The notes under the pieces were generated by a model. It saw only the letters and a list, made by a program, of their open reading frames with translations, made no database searches and had not been told where the DNA came from. Below, piece after piece: positions 1 to 11,840 of a stretch of DNA of 64,000 nt. The DNA lies in the NCBI RefSeq assembly GCF_006345805.1, contig NC_042999.1, forward strand, positions 116,932,001-116,996,000, read 5' to 3'. A program made the translations under genes and the position numbers. Source of the stretch: Octopus sinensis (taxonomy: Eukaryota). Positions within the stretch are counted from its first letter, which is position 1. Each line of letters opens with the position of its first letter.

Positions 1-1377
1 TCCCAGTTATTATCCCCAGTCTTTTTACCTGTCCACTTTTTGATTGACTGGTTCTTTTCTAACTCAAGCAGTCCTTTGTTGTAACTTCTGAAAATTATGA
101 ACTTGCCCTGTAGATTCTCCTATCTCCTGGTAGCTTCTGAAAGTGCTGGCTTTTTGTTTCTTTTATCATTTTTTTTCTTTTCTCCTGTAACAGTTTGCCA
201 TTCTTTGTCAGCCTTCATTTGGTCCTCATTCTTGCAAGTGGATAGAGTGATATTGCTGAGAGGAGAAGTCTTCAGTATCATCTACTTTTGAGATCAAAGT
301 CAATTTCAGCCATTTGTAGATGTAACTAATGATGCAGCCCCCTGTCTGTTTTACTTATCAATTATTAAAACCAAGAATGAGACTAAGTCTTTTAGCTATC
401 CACAGCAGCCGCCATGACGTACTGTCTCTTTTTTTGTGTTTCAAACATTTTGGGTCAGAGAATTATCGTTACAGCCTCAATTATAAAAGCTGGGCTTTTT
501 GACCATGCACTGTCAGACTCATAATTTTTTTTTTTATCTCTGTGTCCATGACACAAAGGAGCACAGCTCCAGAATGACTATAACAGTCTTGGAGTGTCAT
601 AAACATTCAAAGTTTACGCTGACCCTTCTCAATCATATGACATTCATCTTCTCTTCTACGCTTGTCACCCAGCCACCTTATACTATAAAAGTAAAAATGA
701 GTCCAGGTAAGTGCCAATATTAATGCCTCTGACATGTGTTACACTGGTCCATGTGAATCTATGAACAGATGTTGCACACTGTTTCTACCTAATGTTGAAA
801 GTCAAGCAGATGATAGCAGAACTCTCTTTAATTGGTTTCCTGAGGACACAGTGAACTCCCCACTGTCTTCTTTCTGTGAAGGAAAGGTAGATCAGTTTTA
901 TTCCTTGCTCACTTCTGAATAAGTTCACCAGACAAAGAATCAAAATTCCTCGTGACACTATTCTCTTGCAGCTTCTCTAACTAAACTTAGTCCATCTTCT
1001 GAATTTCTTGGAGGCAATTTTTGCAAAACAATTTTTTGAAATTCCCACTTGCCATTGTGGAGGAGTGTTATTGCTGTTACTGAATGCTATTTTTTTCTTC
1101 TGGAAAACTCACTACCATTCTCTTTCACACAATATATTTCCCAATATAACCAAGTTTGTTCACATTATTTTACGTTGTACTCTGTAGAATTCTTTTTATT
1201 TTTATTCTATTCTCTCGTTGCCATTATTGTATGCAAAGAAAATCAGACCAAAAATGTTTGAGAGAAGTTGTTTCCCACCAACTGAAAGAGATGTAAAATA
1301 ATTAAATAAATTCTCAGCATGCTGTGTAAGTTTAGGTTACATCTCACACACACACACACACACATACACACACAATA

Positions 1378-1411
<34 letters not shown>

Positions 1412-1676
1412 CGAAACAACCAATTCCTTGGAAAAGATGGTAAACCCAAAAAGTACAGTGAGAATGAATGAAAACAGCCATTCACAGCTCAATACTACTA
1501 CTACTACTACTGCTGCCACCACTACCGCCACCACCTCCACCACTATCGCCACCACCTCCACCACTGCCACCGCCGCCACCACTACTGCTGCTGTTGACGA
1601 TGACATTGATGATGATGGTGATGACGAGGAGAAGGAGAAAGATAGAAAAATTAAGGTTTCTTACATAAGCTCAAAG

Positions 1677-1796
<120 letters not shown>

Positions 1797-2597
1797 ACAT
1801 ACATACGTACATACATATATAAATACATATGTATGTGTATATATATATATATATATGAGAGAACATTTGTTTACAACAGTTTTTATAAGAGAAATTCTAC
1901 CTCATTGCTAATACAAAAAAAAAAACAACATGTAAAAGACTTTGTTATCAAGCTATTTGTAACTACTATTAGCACAAACCACCAATACAGGCTGTTTTAG
2001 ACAACAGAAGTTAAATGATGCCACAGCTACTGAGTATAGGAATTGTTCTATGGCTACTAATGCAAGCAAATAACTGCCAAGATTATTGAAGAAAAACATC
2101 CTCTACAGACACAACCAAGCAACAGATGATTCTGTAGACATACAGAATATTTCCAGATAACATGTAAACATCTAAATATAGGTTTTACTGATATCACTGA
2201 AGAATAACTATATTTTTTATCGAAAAAAATTTTTTAAAAAAAACATTGATACTGTAATATTAATTAGGTGTAAAATATATAAATTTTATTGCTGAGAAAT
2301 ATATTTCAGGTGAGCATTCTACATACTAAAAACAAATAGTATGAAGTTACATATGTAATATAAGTTAAAATTTTTTGGTTGTTTGAGATTATCTTGGCAA
2401 TTAATGGGCCAAAATTAAAGGAATATCTGAGAGCCTACCATGTCTGTATTTAATATACAAAATTTTCCCCTGAGGTATTTTTCCACTGCTGCATTGTTGA
2501 TATTTATAACCAATGTTATTACATATTGATTACTCTTACTAATTAAGTATATGTTTCACTGAGGTGGTCTAACGAGACTGAAAATTGCTTTCGTTAA

Positions 2598-4098
2598 TCT
2601 CTTATTATAAAAGGCAGATTTTATCTGCCTCCCTTTGGGAGTTATACAAATCTACAATATAGGATTTCTTCAATTACAATTTACCTAGCATTTTTAAGAG
2701 TACAATGCATCGCGTCATGGCAGGTCCAGTTTTTAAAATTTAAACTCCAATTAAGCAAAATTTACAGAAAACTCACATTCTGGTGTGTGTGTCAAATGCT
2801 TTTCTTAGTCTGGTTTACACCACACGCAAACGCACACACACAGTGGGCAAGGAATAAAATGAAAGTAATTCACTTACTGTAGTGAGTGATTCTTTCACTC
2901 TGCCTCCCACTTCCTCTTTACACACATAGAAAAAACTTTTATTTTTTTACATAAGTAATGAGAGCGAAAGAGACTAAGAGAAAGCGATTGTATGACGAGG
3001 GAAGTTCCTTTGAAGTTACCGTGCATGGGACTCATTGATGTACATGTGTGTGTGTGTGTGTTTGATGGAGTGTGGGAGACAGACAGTATGTTGTGTAAGT
3101 GAAGTGCTTCTGTTAGTGTGTGTGAAGAGACAGAGAGAGTAATGTGTGAAAGAGAGAGATAACTGAAATTTTTTACTCGGTTTATGTGTATATGTATGTA
3201 TGCATGTATGTGTGTGTGTGTTTTTGTGTATGTATGTGTGTGTGTATGTATGTATTTATATATAAAAGAAAGGTTGTGTGTCTGTCTACTCCGATTTAGA
3301 TTCCTAACTACTCCCACATTTTGCGATGCAGTTTAACCAAAACCGGGTATCTTATAGTCGTGATTCATATCGAGCCCTTCTGGGTATTAGCGCGCGTTTA
3401 CGATGAGTCTATGATTTTACAAATAATTTACCATCATTTTTTTCCATTTTAATGTATATTTTTTAAAATAAACGGAAGTAACTCTCAAACTTCACACCAA
3501 TATGCGTGCTCATATGCGACGTAATATCACATCACCAGCATTTCCTCACACCCTCCTTGCACTTGGCGAAGGCAAAATACCAGGGGATGAAAATGGTAAT
3601 ATTGCCATCGATTCCATTTGTACCATTGTTAAGACGCCTTCTGATCTCAGAGATGCAGTGTTCCCAGATTTACAAGCTAATTATCAGAATATGGATTGGA
3701 TTGGCAAAAAGGCTATACTGGCCCCGAGGAATAAAACTGTTCACCATATTAATGATGAAATGCTAAAACTCATTCCTGGGGAAGTCGATGTATATCAGTC
3801 TATCGATACAACTCCTGACCCAGAGGACGTCATCAACTATCCAATAGAGGTACTCAATTCCTTTGAGCACCCCGGACTACCACCACACTTTCTCAAACTT
3901 AAAGTTAGTGCCCCTATAATGCTCATCAGAAATTTGGTTCCCCCAACACAATGCAATGGCACACGTTTGGCGTTAAGTCCTTATCTCCCACCGTAAGCTT
4001 ATTTCAATATTTGCCTGAATAATCATCATAATTCAGTGCAATCATTAACAGTACTTTCAAGCAATTCAGCCCCGAGCAACGCCGGGCAATTCTGCTAG
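2598..4098 (+). mobile_element. Non-autonomous Helitron carrying a Pif1 helicase fragment
   Basis: 5' TC(TCTTATTATAAAA) preceded by A at 2597; 3' CTAG (4095-4098) followed by T; subterminal GC hairpin CCCGAGCAACGCCGGG (4071-4086); no TSD; internal Pif1 fragment. Confidence 0.85.
3502..3996 (+). pseudogene. Fragment of Helitron RepHel Pif1-family helicase
   Basis: Motifs (LHT)NMR, AILAPRNKTV..IN and LPPHFLKLKVSAPIMLIRNL...CNGTRL are typical of Helitron Pif1 helicases. It lacks the Rep domain and Walker A, and the match is lost after CNGTRLA. Confidence 0.9.
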
Positions 4099-4203
4099 TT
4101 GGTTATAAATTTTAGATTTTTAACCCACAGTATCTATATTATCAAACTGATCCTATTTGAGTTAGCCCCCTTGCTTGTTGATTTTCGATTTTTAAACAAT
4201 ATA

Positions 4204-4382
4204 GGCATAGGTGAGGCTGTGTAGTAAGAATACACATGGTGTGGTGAGAAGCTTGCTTCCCAACCTCATAGTTCTGGGTTTAGTTCCATCGCATAATACA
4301 TTGGGTGTCTTCTACTATAGCCTCACGCTGACCAAAGCCTTGTGAGTGGATTTGGTAGATGGAAACTGAGAGAAACCCATCA
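4204..4382 (+). mobile_element. tRNA-derived SINE family A, 5' part
   Basis: Head GGCTGTG..GTAAG / GGGTTTAGTTCC and body shared with the copies at 10546, 20441, 26334 and 61621. Confidence 0.7.
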
Positions 4383-4629
4383 TATATATGTATATATATG
4401 TGGGAAAAATAAGTTCAAAAGAGAACAATTCAAACTTTTTCTACTAGTTCACCTGTTACATTATATTCTACTATATACACGTGGCCCTGTTTATTATACT
4501 TTGTCTTGACCTGCTACCATTTTTTTAAACATACCTGTTAGCGACCAATAAATGTGATAAGATATAATAAAAATTGTGCATCATTATTAAAGCTTAATGA
4601 GTCTTCTTTTTGTTTCATATTTATGAATT

Positions 4630-5709
4630 AGATAATGGTTATAGACCCAAATATAATCATAACCCTCCATAAAGGAGGCAAAGTAATACAGCTATAGCAC
4701 AAAAGCTTAAAATTAACCATTGTTAAGAAATTTCGAGAGACTGGTTTGACTGCTGATCAACCTGGATGAGGCTGAAAAAGAAATGTGTGGATCTCTCAGC
4801 TTATCAAAAGTACCAAAGAAAAGATACAGAAAAATCCTCATTATTCCATTAGAAAACTGACTGTTACAGTAAAAATAAGTTGAACATTAATGTATCGAGT
4901 GCTGAAGTTGATCCATTGTCATGAGCTCACACAAGTTTATAAAGCCATGAGACTGGAGAGAAGTCGTCTTATCCTGTGTCAGATTGCTGAAGGCACACTG
5001 CCCAACCTGGTGTTCTTGGATGAAAACATATTTGATATTAAACAAACAGTAAACCACCAAAATGACCGACGTTGGAATGTATCTGGTTCCATCGAGGGTA
5101 GACTCGTAAATCAATGTCAATTATGGTTTGGGTGGCTGTGACAGCCACTGGAAGCTCTCCCCTCGTTTTTGTGCCCTCACGTATTAAAATTAACACCCAG
5201 CAATACATTATCAACATTCTGGTAACTGAACTACTTCTATGGGTGAATGAGCACTTTCAAGGCACACCTTGAAGCTGCCAACAGGACTCAGTACCATCCC
5301 ACAGCACCAAACAGATACAACACTGGATTCAGAAAAACATACCATCATTCATAGACAAAGACATATGGCACTCAAGAAGCCCCGATCTCAAGCCATTGGA
5401 TTTTTCTGTTTGGTTCATTTTGGAGACAAGGGTCTCGAGCACTCCTCATGTTTCACTCAATGCTCTAAAGGCAAAGCTGCACCAAGAATGGGCTTCAATT
5501 TCGCAAGAGCAGCTGCATGCCACATATAAAGCATTTGCACCTAGACTTAAGACAGTGAATTGTAACAGAAATGGTCATATCAAATAAATGTGGTAATGTC
5601 ATAATTGTGTTTCCTTTACCACTGCATTGGAGTGTTTGAATCTGAAATGTAACAAGATTTTTCGCTGGCAAAATTGTAAAAAGTTGGTTGCCTTAATTTT
5701 GGGACACCT

Positions 5710-5712
<3 letters not shown>
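4630..5712 (+). mobile_element. Decayed Tc1/mariner transposon, DD37D (maT-type) transposase
   Basis: HTH-like IVKKFRETG; VFLDENIF..NHQNDR; QQDSVPSH...SPDLKPLDF with 37 residues between the second and third Asp; right TIR-like end TTTTGGGACACCTTG before (TA)n. Frameshifted. Confidence 0.85.
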
Positions 5713-5753
<41 letters not shown>

Positions 5754-5915
5754 AATATATATATATCAATGTGTGTGTCTTTGAGACTCACAAAGGCAAT
5801 GACTGGTGAGTGAGACCTTTGGTGATGTGCTGTTCTTGAGAGAACCTGTATAGAGCCTTGATTTGGTTGAGAGTAAGTAATATAAATTTTGTCCTATTGT
5901 AAAAATTTGAAACCA

Positions 5916-5955
<40 letters not shown>

Positions 5956-6510
5956 GAGTGAGAGAGCAGTGCATGCCATCAAAGTGACACTGGGGTAAAA
6001 TATATGAAGCCCAGTATACTCATCATGACTACCCGTCTGATAAGGGTACACCAGGCACATGCATCACAACCATATGTGTGTAACATAGTGATCTCATATC
6101 AAGATAAACAGTGCATAACCTTGCAGGTGGGGCCCAGTTAGAATTTTCTTCTGGTCGAGTAGCCTATCCTGCTCAAAAGGTCCCTGAATAAGGGTTGTTT
6201 AAGGATGTTGAACAAAACACCCGTGTTTCCAAAGGTGAATTATTCAAACCCCCCAAAATTCCACTCAATACATGGCTATGATGCTCCTCAACTACTTCCG
6301 CTTGTGATCAGAGATGCACATATCATCAGCCACTAAGGGACATGGCCAACTGGTTATGGTCAAGCAACTGAAAAGTAAATCTGTGGTATTGAGCAGAATA
6401 TTTGCTGTAGCCCATCTTTTATACCAAGACAAAACAACGTACATGATACTTCCAATCAGTTAAGATCAGAAGCCATGAGAGCCACTGCCTGGTACTGTAT
6501 CAGAGCATTT
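5956..6510 (-). mobile_element. ~555-bp interspersed element flanked by (TAA)n; second copy at 56691-57250
   Basis: Reverse-complement near-identity to 56691-57250 over the whole length, with the same ends; both copies sit in ATT/TAA microsatellites. Confidence 0.8.
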
Positions 6511-6548
6511 ATTATTATTATTATCATCATCATCATTATTATTATTAA

Positions 6549-6770
6549 GGTAGCAAGCTGGCAGAATTGTTAGCACATTGGAGAAAATGCTGAGCATCAT
6601 TTCTTCTGACACTTTACATTCTTAGTTCAAATTCAACTGATGTTGACTTTGCACTTCATCTTTTCGTGGTCAATCAAATGCATACCTGTTAAGTACTGGG
6701 TTTGATGTGACTGACTAACTATCCCAATTTCCCCTTAAACTGCTGGCCTTGTGCCTAAATTTGAAACTAG
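6549..6770 (+). mobile_element. tRNA-derived SINE family B (diverged)
   Basis: GCTGGCAGAATTGTTAGC head, AGTTCAAATTC box-B-like motif and a CTTCATCTTTTCGTGGTCAAT central domain shared with many copies. Confidence 0.7.
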
Positions 6771-7469
6771 TTGTGGTGGTGGTGGTGGTGGTAGCAGCAG
6801 CTGCAGGTGGGAATGGAGAAATACGTATGTTCTCTTCATTGTTGATATTGGCAACTCAAAAATAATTATTTTAATTCAGGCTATCCAGGCACTATCATCA
6901 TCATCATCATCATCATCATTTAACGTCCGTTTTTTTTTTAAAAAGTCGAAATAAAAAAAGACTAATTTTTTTTTACATAGCAAACTTTTTAATTTTCACC
7001 CATTAGTTCTAGCTTTGACTGAAGCATTTTTATGTTTATATATTTTTTGTTTTTAATTTGCCTTTAAATTTGTTTCTTTCTTTTTCTTTGTTTGTTTTTA
7101 TAATATTGTCTAAGTTCTAATTTTACAATTGATTGATCTTTTAGATTCTTTATTTTGCAAATATTGATGAGGGGGAAGCATAAAAATAATTAGTAAATTA
7201 AGTTTCTGATTGAGTTGTTTTCTTGCGGCTCTTGGTAATAACTCATTATTTATCAATTTTAATTATTGGGGTGAAGTCCAAGGGAGATTTAGCTACTATT
7301 TTTAGCATTTTGAGCTGCCTTGTACAAGCTTACTTCGTGGTTTGGGATCTAGTTTTAATTCCTGGTACTTAGCTAGATATTTCATTTCATTTCCATTGCT
7401 AATATCTGTTTATTTTCAAGTTAAGATTGTTAGAATACTAGCATGTCAGTATGTATTTATATATATATT

Positions 7470-7733
7470 CTTTTTTGCCCTTTTCAAGCCTAGTCAGGCT
7501 TATAGGCCTGGTTTCCCACTTTCTGTGGCGTATGTGTTCCCCCCAGCAGGAAGAAAGAGTGAGAGAAAGTTGGGACGAAAGAGTACACCAAGAGTCGCCA
7601 CCACCCCCTGCTGGAGCCTCGTGGAGCTTTAGGTGTTTTCAATCAATAAACACACACAACGCCCGGTCTGGAAATTGAAACCGCGATCCTCCAACCGTGA
7701 GTCTGCTGTCCTAACCACTGGGCCATTGTGCCT
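7470..7733 (-). mobile_element. tRNA-derived SINE family C
   Basis: Minus strand begins GAGGCACAATGGCCCAGTGGTTAGGACAG...GGTTTCAATTTCC (A/B boxes); homologous to copies at 40975, 51113 and 55725. Confidence 0.8.
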
Positions 7734-7740
7734 CTATATA

Positions 7741-7774
<34 letters not shown>

Positions 7775-7778
7775 CACA

Positions 7779-7956
7779 CGTCCTGTCGTTATGTTCTGAG
7801 TTCAAATTCCGCCAAGGTCGACTTTGCCTTTCATCCTTTCGGGGTCAATAAATTAAGTACCAGTTATGCACTGGGGTCGATGTAATCGACTTAATACCTA
7901 TGTCTGTCCTTGTTTGTCCCCTCTATGTTTAGCCCCTTGTGGGCAATAAAGAAATA
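7779..7956 (+). mobile_element. SINE family B, 5'-truncated, well conserved
   Basis: GAGTTCAAATTCCGCC; GCCTTTCATCCTTTCGGGGTCAATAAA central domain (resembles the conserved Meta/Nin-type SINE domain); tail ending GGGCAATAAAGAAATA. Confidence 0.85.
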
Positions 7957-7969
7957 TATATATATATAT

Positions 7970-8051
<82 letters not shown>

Positions 8052-8220
8052 TATATATATATATACACACACACATACAAAGTTTTATGTATCTCTGGTT
8101 TAGAATAGGTACACCACATCCTTGCCTGTTAAAAGACTTAACTAAAGGGGTTGGCAAGAGAATGGGTGTCTGACAGTAAAACCTCCATACATAAAAGGAG
8201 ATAGGCTGCACGAAGTTTCT

Positions 8221-8447
8221 TTAACCCTTTAGCATTTAAACTAACCATATCTGGCCCAAAATTTCTACTTGCTTTATGTTCAAATTGACAAGATCCAGGC
8301 CCTCTCACCTAACCTACAATGTCATTCTAAAAATAAACAATCACATCATCAAAACCTTCATGCTACAAATCAGTGCATGATTAATTCAAAACAATATGAA
8401 TAAATAAGCTTTAGATTTGACGGAGTGATATGAATGTTAAAGGATTA
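8221..8447. mobile_element. TTAA-flanked MITE (piggyBac-like ends)
   Basis: TTAACCCTTTAGCATT ... AATGTTAAAGGATTAA inverted ends; related copies near 33300 and 55215-55425. Confidence 0.65.
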
Positions 8448-8449
8448 AG

Positions 8450-9940
8450 CAAATCTGACTAGTGTAGTAACACAAATAAAGGAGGAAGTTAAAATACAAA
8501 AAGAAATTAAGATTCTGAGAGAGGAATTGTTCATTGTTTATAAGATTTTGAAGGAAATAAATGTCAAAACTAGAAAAACAAGAAGAGCAAAGTCTCCTTG
8601 CCATCAAAGAAACACTGAGACAATGCATACAAGTTAAAAGCTATGCAAAACCAAAAAAAATAGAAGTAAATTTTATACAAATAAATGATCCACTTTATAT
8701 GAATGAAGTTGAGGAATTTTGGAAGAAAATTCTGTAGTAGATAAAAACAATATAAGGAAGTAGGTTGGATTAACAAGAGAAAATGAGTGAATGAAAGATG
8801 TGGAAGAACGATGGATTGAAGTGGTAAACCTAAGAAAACTGGCACTCCATCGGTTACGATGACAAGGATTCCAGTTGATCTGATCAACGGAACAACCTGC
8901 TCGTGAAATTAACATGCATGTGGCTGAGCACTCCACAGACATGTGTACCCTTAACATAGTTCTCAGAGAGATACAGCATGACACAGAATGCAACAAAGCT
9001 GGCCCTTTGAAATACAGGTACTACTCATTTTTGCCAGCTGAAGGGACTGGAGCAATGCGTAACAAAGTGACTTGCTCATGAATATAATGCATCACTGGGA
9101 ATTGAACTCATGACCTTATGATAGTGATCCAGATACCCTAACCACTAAGACATGTGCCTTTATGGTAGACCTAAGGCATGGAAGTAGCCAGAAAAATAGA
9201 TCAAATCTTCAGTTATTGGTTTGACACATTTACAGGAATGCACAAGATATTTGCCAAGGGAAAGAGTGCACTAATACAAAATCCAACTGGTTGACAGCAG
9301 GCACAATATACCCCACCAAAAAATAAAGAATTATAGACCTGTTATATGCCTAGCCATTACTTACAAAATTCTGTCTTCAGTATTTATTGAAAGAAAACAT
9401 CTTCATTCCACAAGAACAAAACCAGAAGTAAACATGACTCCAATGGATGTAAAAGGCAACTGATGATTTAAAAAAATGATACTAGAACATGGATGTAAAT
9501 GCATGTGCACATAAGGATACACATCTTAGAAGAACTGAATGTAAGTGGGGTAAGAGGACAGACAACAACGAAAAGTGAAACTGAAGAGGGCACAGATGTG
9601 TGACAAAAGATTTCCGGACAATGGACATGAGTTAAATAAATAAATTAATTAATTAATTAATAAAAACAGTAATAAATGAGTGAAGAACAAATATATAGTG
9701 CATGTTTTTATTTGGCAAAAAAGAAATGATCATCCCGAAATACTACAATAAATACTTGAAAATAATCACACAAAGGATAAAGTTAAAGTGGATTGATTAC
9801 TGAAAAACTTTCGACAGTGTTCCCCATGAATGGATATTAAAAGCTCTTGAAATATACAAGGTCTCTCCAGTCATTTCTTTCTTTGATATGGTATGACAAA
9901 CTGGACAGTACATCTCTTTTTAAGTCGCAGTAAATGATAC
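8450..9940 (+). mobile_element. Decayed R4/Dong-clade non-LTR retrotransposon RT region, interrupted by insertions
   Basis: Translated remnants EVEEFWKKI, NYRPVICLAITYKILSSV and WIDY*KTFDSVPHEWILKALEIYKVSP are characteristic of R4/Dong RTs; many stops and frameshifts. Confidence 0.75.
8845..9165 (-). mobile_element. tRNA-derived SINE inserted in the R4-like relic
   Basis: Minus-strand head ...TTAGTGGTTAGGG...GAGTTCAATTCCC; its tail matches the 51320-51490 segment. Confidence 0.7.
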
Positions 9941-10476
9941 TTTATTTTTCTGACTCCAGAAGGAGGAAAAGCAAAGGTGGCCCTTTGTTGGGTTTGAATT
10001 CAGAGTACAGGAAGCTGAATCAAAATATTGTAAAGCATTCTAACAGATGCTTTAAAGACTTTCTCAATCTGTGACTGTCAACCTTATACTAGGGATAGCT
10101 ATTTGGTAAATGATTAGTCATAATTATTTTGTAAATACTGAGATTCTAACATTTAAATATTTAATGGTTGGCAAGGTTTTTAGCAAAATGGACGAATAAA
10201 CATTGAGGTACACATCAAGTTGTTGCAATAAATGAGTGTACATGAATAGACAAGTTGATGCATATCAGGAAAACAGAAAAGAAAACACTCAGAAAAGATA
10301 CGTAAAGGAGTGATTGAGAAAATAGTGGCTTAATGTTGTTTAACAACATAAAGCAAATTTCATTGACAATGTTAATTGTAAGGAAGACTAAAACAGAGAG
10401 AACGAGGTTAACAAGGTACAGAAGCAAAGTGTAGAAAATTGTTCTGTACTAGAAACAAACAATGTATATATATATA

Positions 10477-10539
<63 letters not shown>

Positions 10540-10545
10540 ATATAT

Positions 10546-10893
10546 GGAGTGGCTGTGTGGAAAGTAGCTTGCTTACCAACAACATGGTTCTAGGTTCAGT
10601 CCCACTGCATGGCACCTTGGGCAATTGTCTTCTACTGTAGCCTCAGGCTGACCAAAGTCTTGTCAGTGGATTTGATAGACAGAAACTGAAAGAAGCTTGT
10701 CATATATATATGTGTGTGTGTGAGTGTGTTTGTGCATCTGTGTTTGTCCCCCACCATCGCTTGACAGCCAATGTTGGTGTGTTTACATCCCCGTAACTTA
10801 GCGGTTTGGCAAATGAAACTGATAGAATAAGTACTAGACTTACAAAGAATAAGTCCGGGGTCAATTTGTTTGACTAAAAAGCCGTGCTCCAGC
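10546..10893 (+). mobile_element. SINE family A (tRNA head, CORE-like ACCTTGGGCAA segment, internal microsatellite, tail)
   Basis: Matches the copies at 20441, 26334 and 61621. Confidence 0.85.
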
Positions 10894-10954
10894 ATATATA
10901 TATATATATACATACATACATACATACATACATACATACATACATACATACATA

Positions 10955-11798
10955 CAGGATGCGATGGGTAAATTGTCGCCTTCTTATATTTTTAATTTCA
11001 TGCATACGCATTGTTTTTTTGTGAGAAAAACAGCACCATGATGCAATTCACCCTGCCAGAAATTTGGAAATGACATGGTGTGCTGCTTTGCATTTGCACC
11101 GGAAGCTCCAATATGAGTATTTCAGAGTGTTTGGGTGTCAATCTCAGGACAGTGCAATTTGAGGACATGTACCAAGAATGATAAAAATCAAACATCCAGT
11201 CAACATAATGGTATTCGAAATGATCACTAGTGATGATGACGTTATGCCTCCATTCATCTTCCCACACAGCCTCAGACTCAACACGGAGGCCTACATCAAG
11301 TGTCTGGAGGAGGTAGTGCTGCCCTGGGTCAAGAGGGTAGCTGTTGGAAGACCCTATGTCTCGTAACAGGAGTCTACACCATGCCACACAGGCAAGAGAA
11401 CCCAGTCATGGCTCTCATACAGTTTCTGCAACCACATCAACTGTAACATCTGAGTACCGCCTAACTCCCCAGACTGCAACCCCCTTGATTATTATGTGTG
11501 GGGTGCAGTTGAGTGAGAGACCAACAAAACTCTTTGTAACACCAAAGATGAACTAATGCTATAGAGTTATAGCATTATTCACCAACTTAAACAAGAAGAC
11601 CATCCAGAAAAGTTGCAGGAGATTCTGAAGTCCTCTAGTGGCCATGGTTGAAGCCAATGGTGATTTTATTGAATAAATTTACTCGTTAGTATTCAAGATA
11701 TTTTTATGTAATTTTGGTATATATATCTGCTAAAATGAGATGCCAGTGTTATTTTCATTTTTGCATAATTTAGACAATAGTTTATTCATTGCACCCTG
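10955..11798 (+). mobile_element. Internally deleted Tc1/mariner (DD37D-like) element with TIRs
   Basis: TA|CAGGATGCGATGGGTAAA ... TTTATTCATTGCACCCTG|TA; remnants KHPVNIMVF, YIKCLEEVVLPWV, QESTPCHT and PPNSPDCNPLDYYVWG. Confidence 0.85.
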
Positions 11799-11804
11799 TA
11801 TATA

Positions 11805-11840
<36 letters not shown>

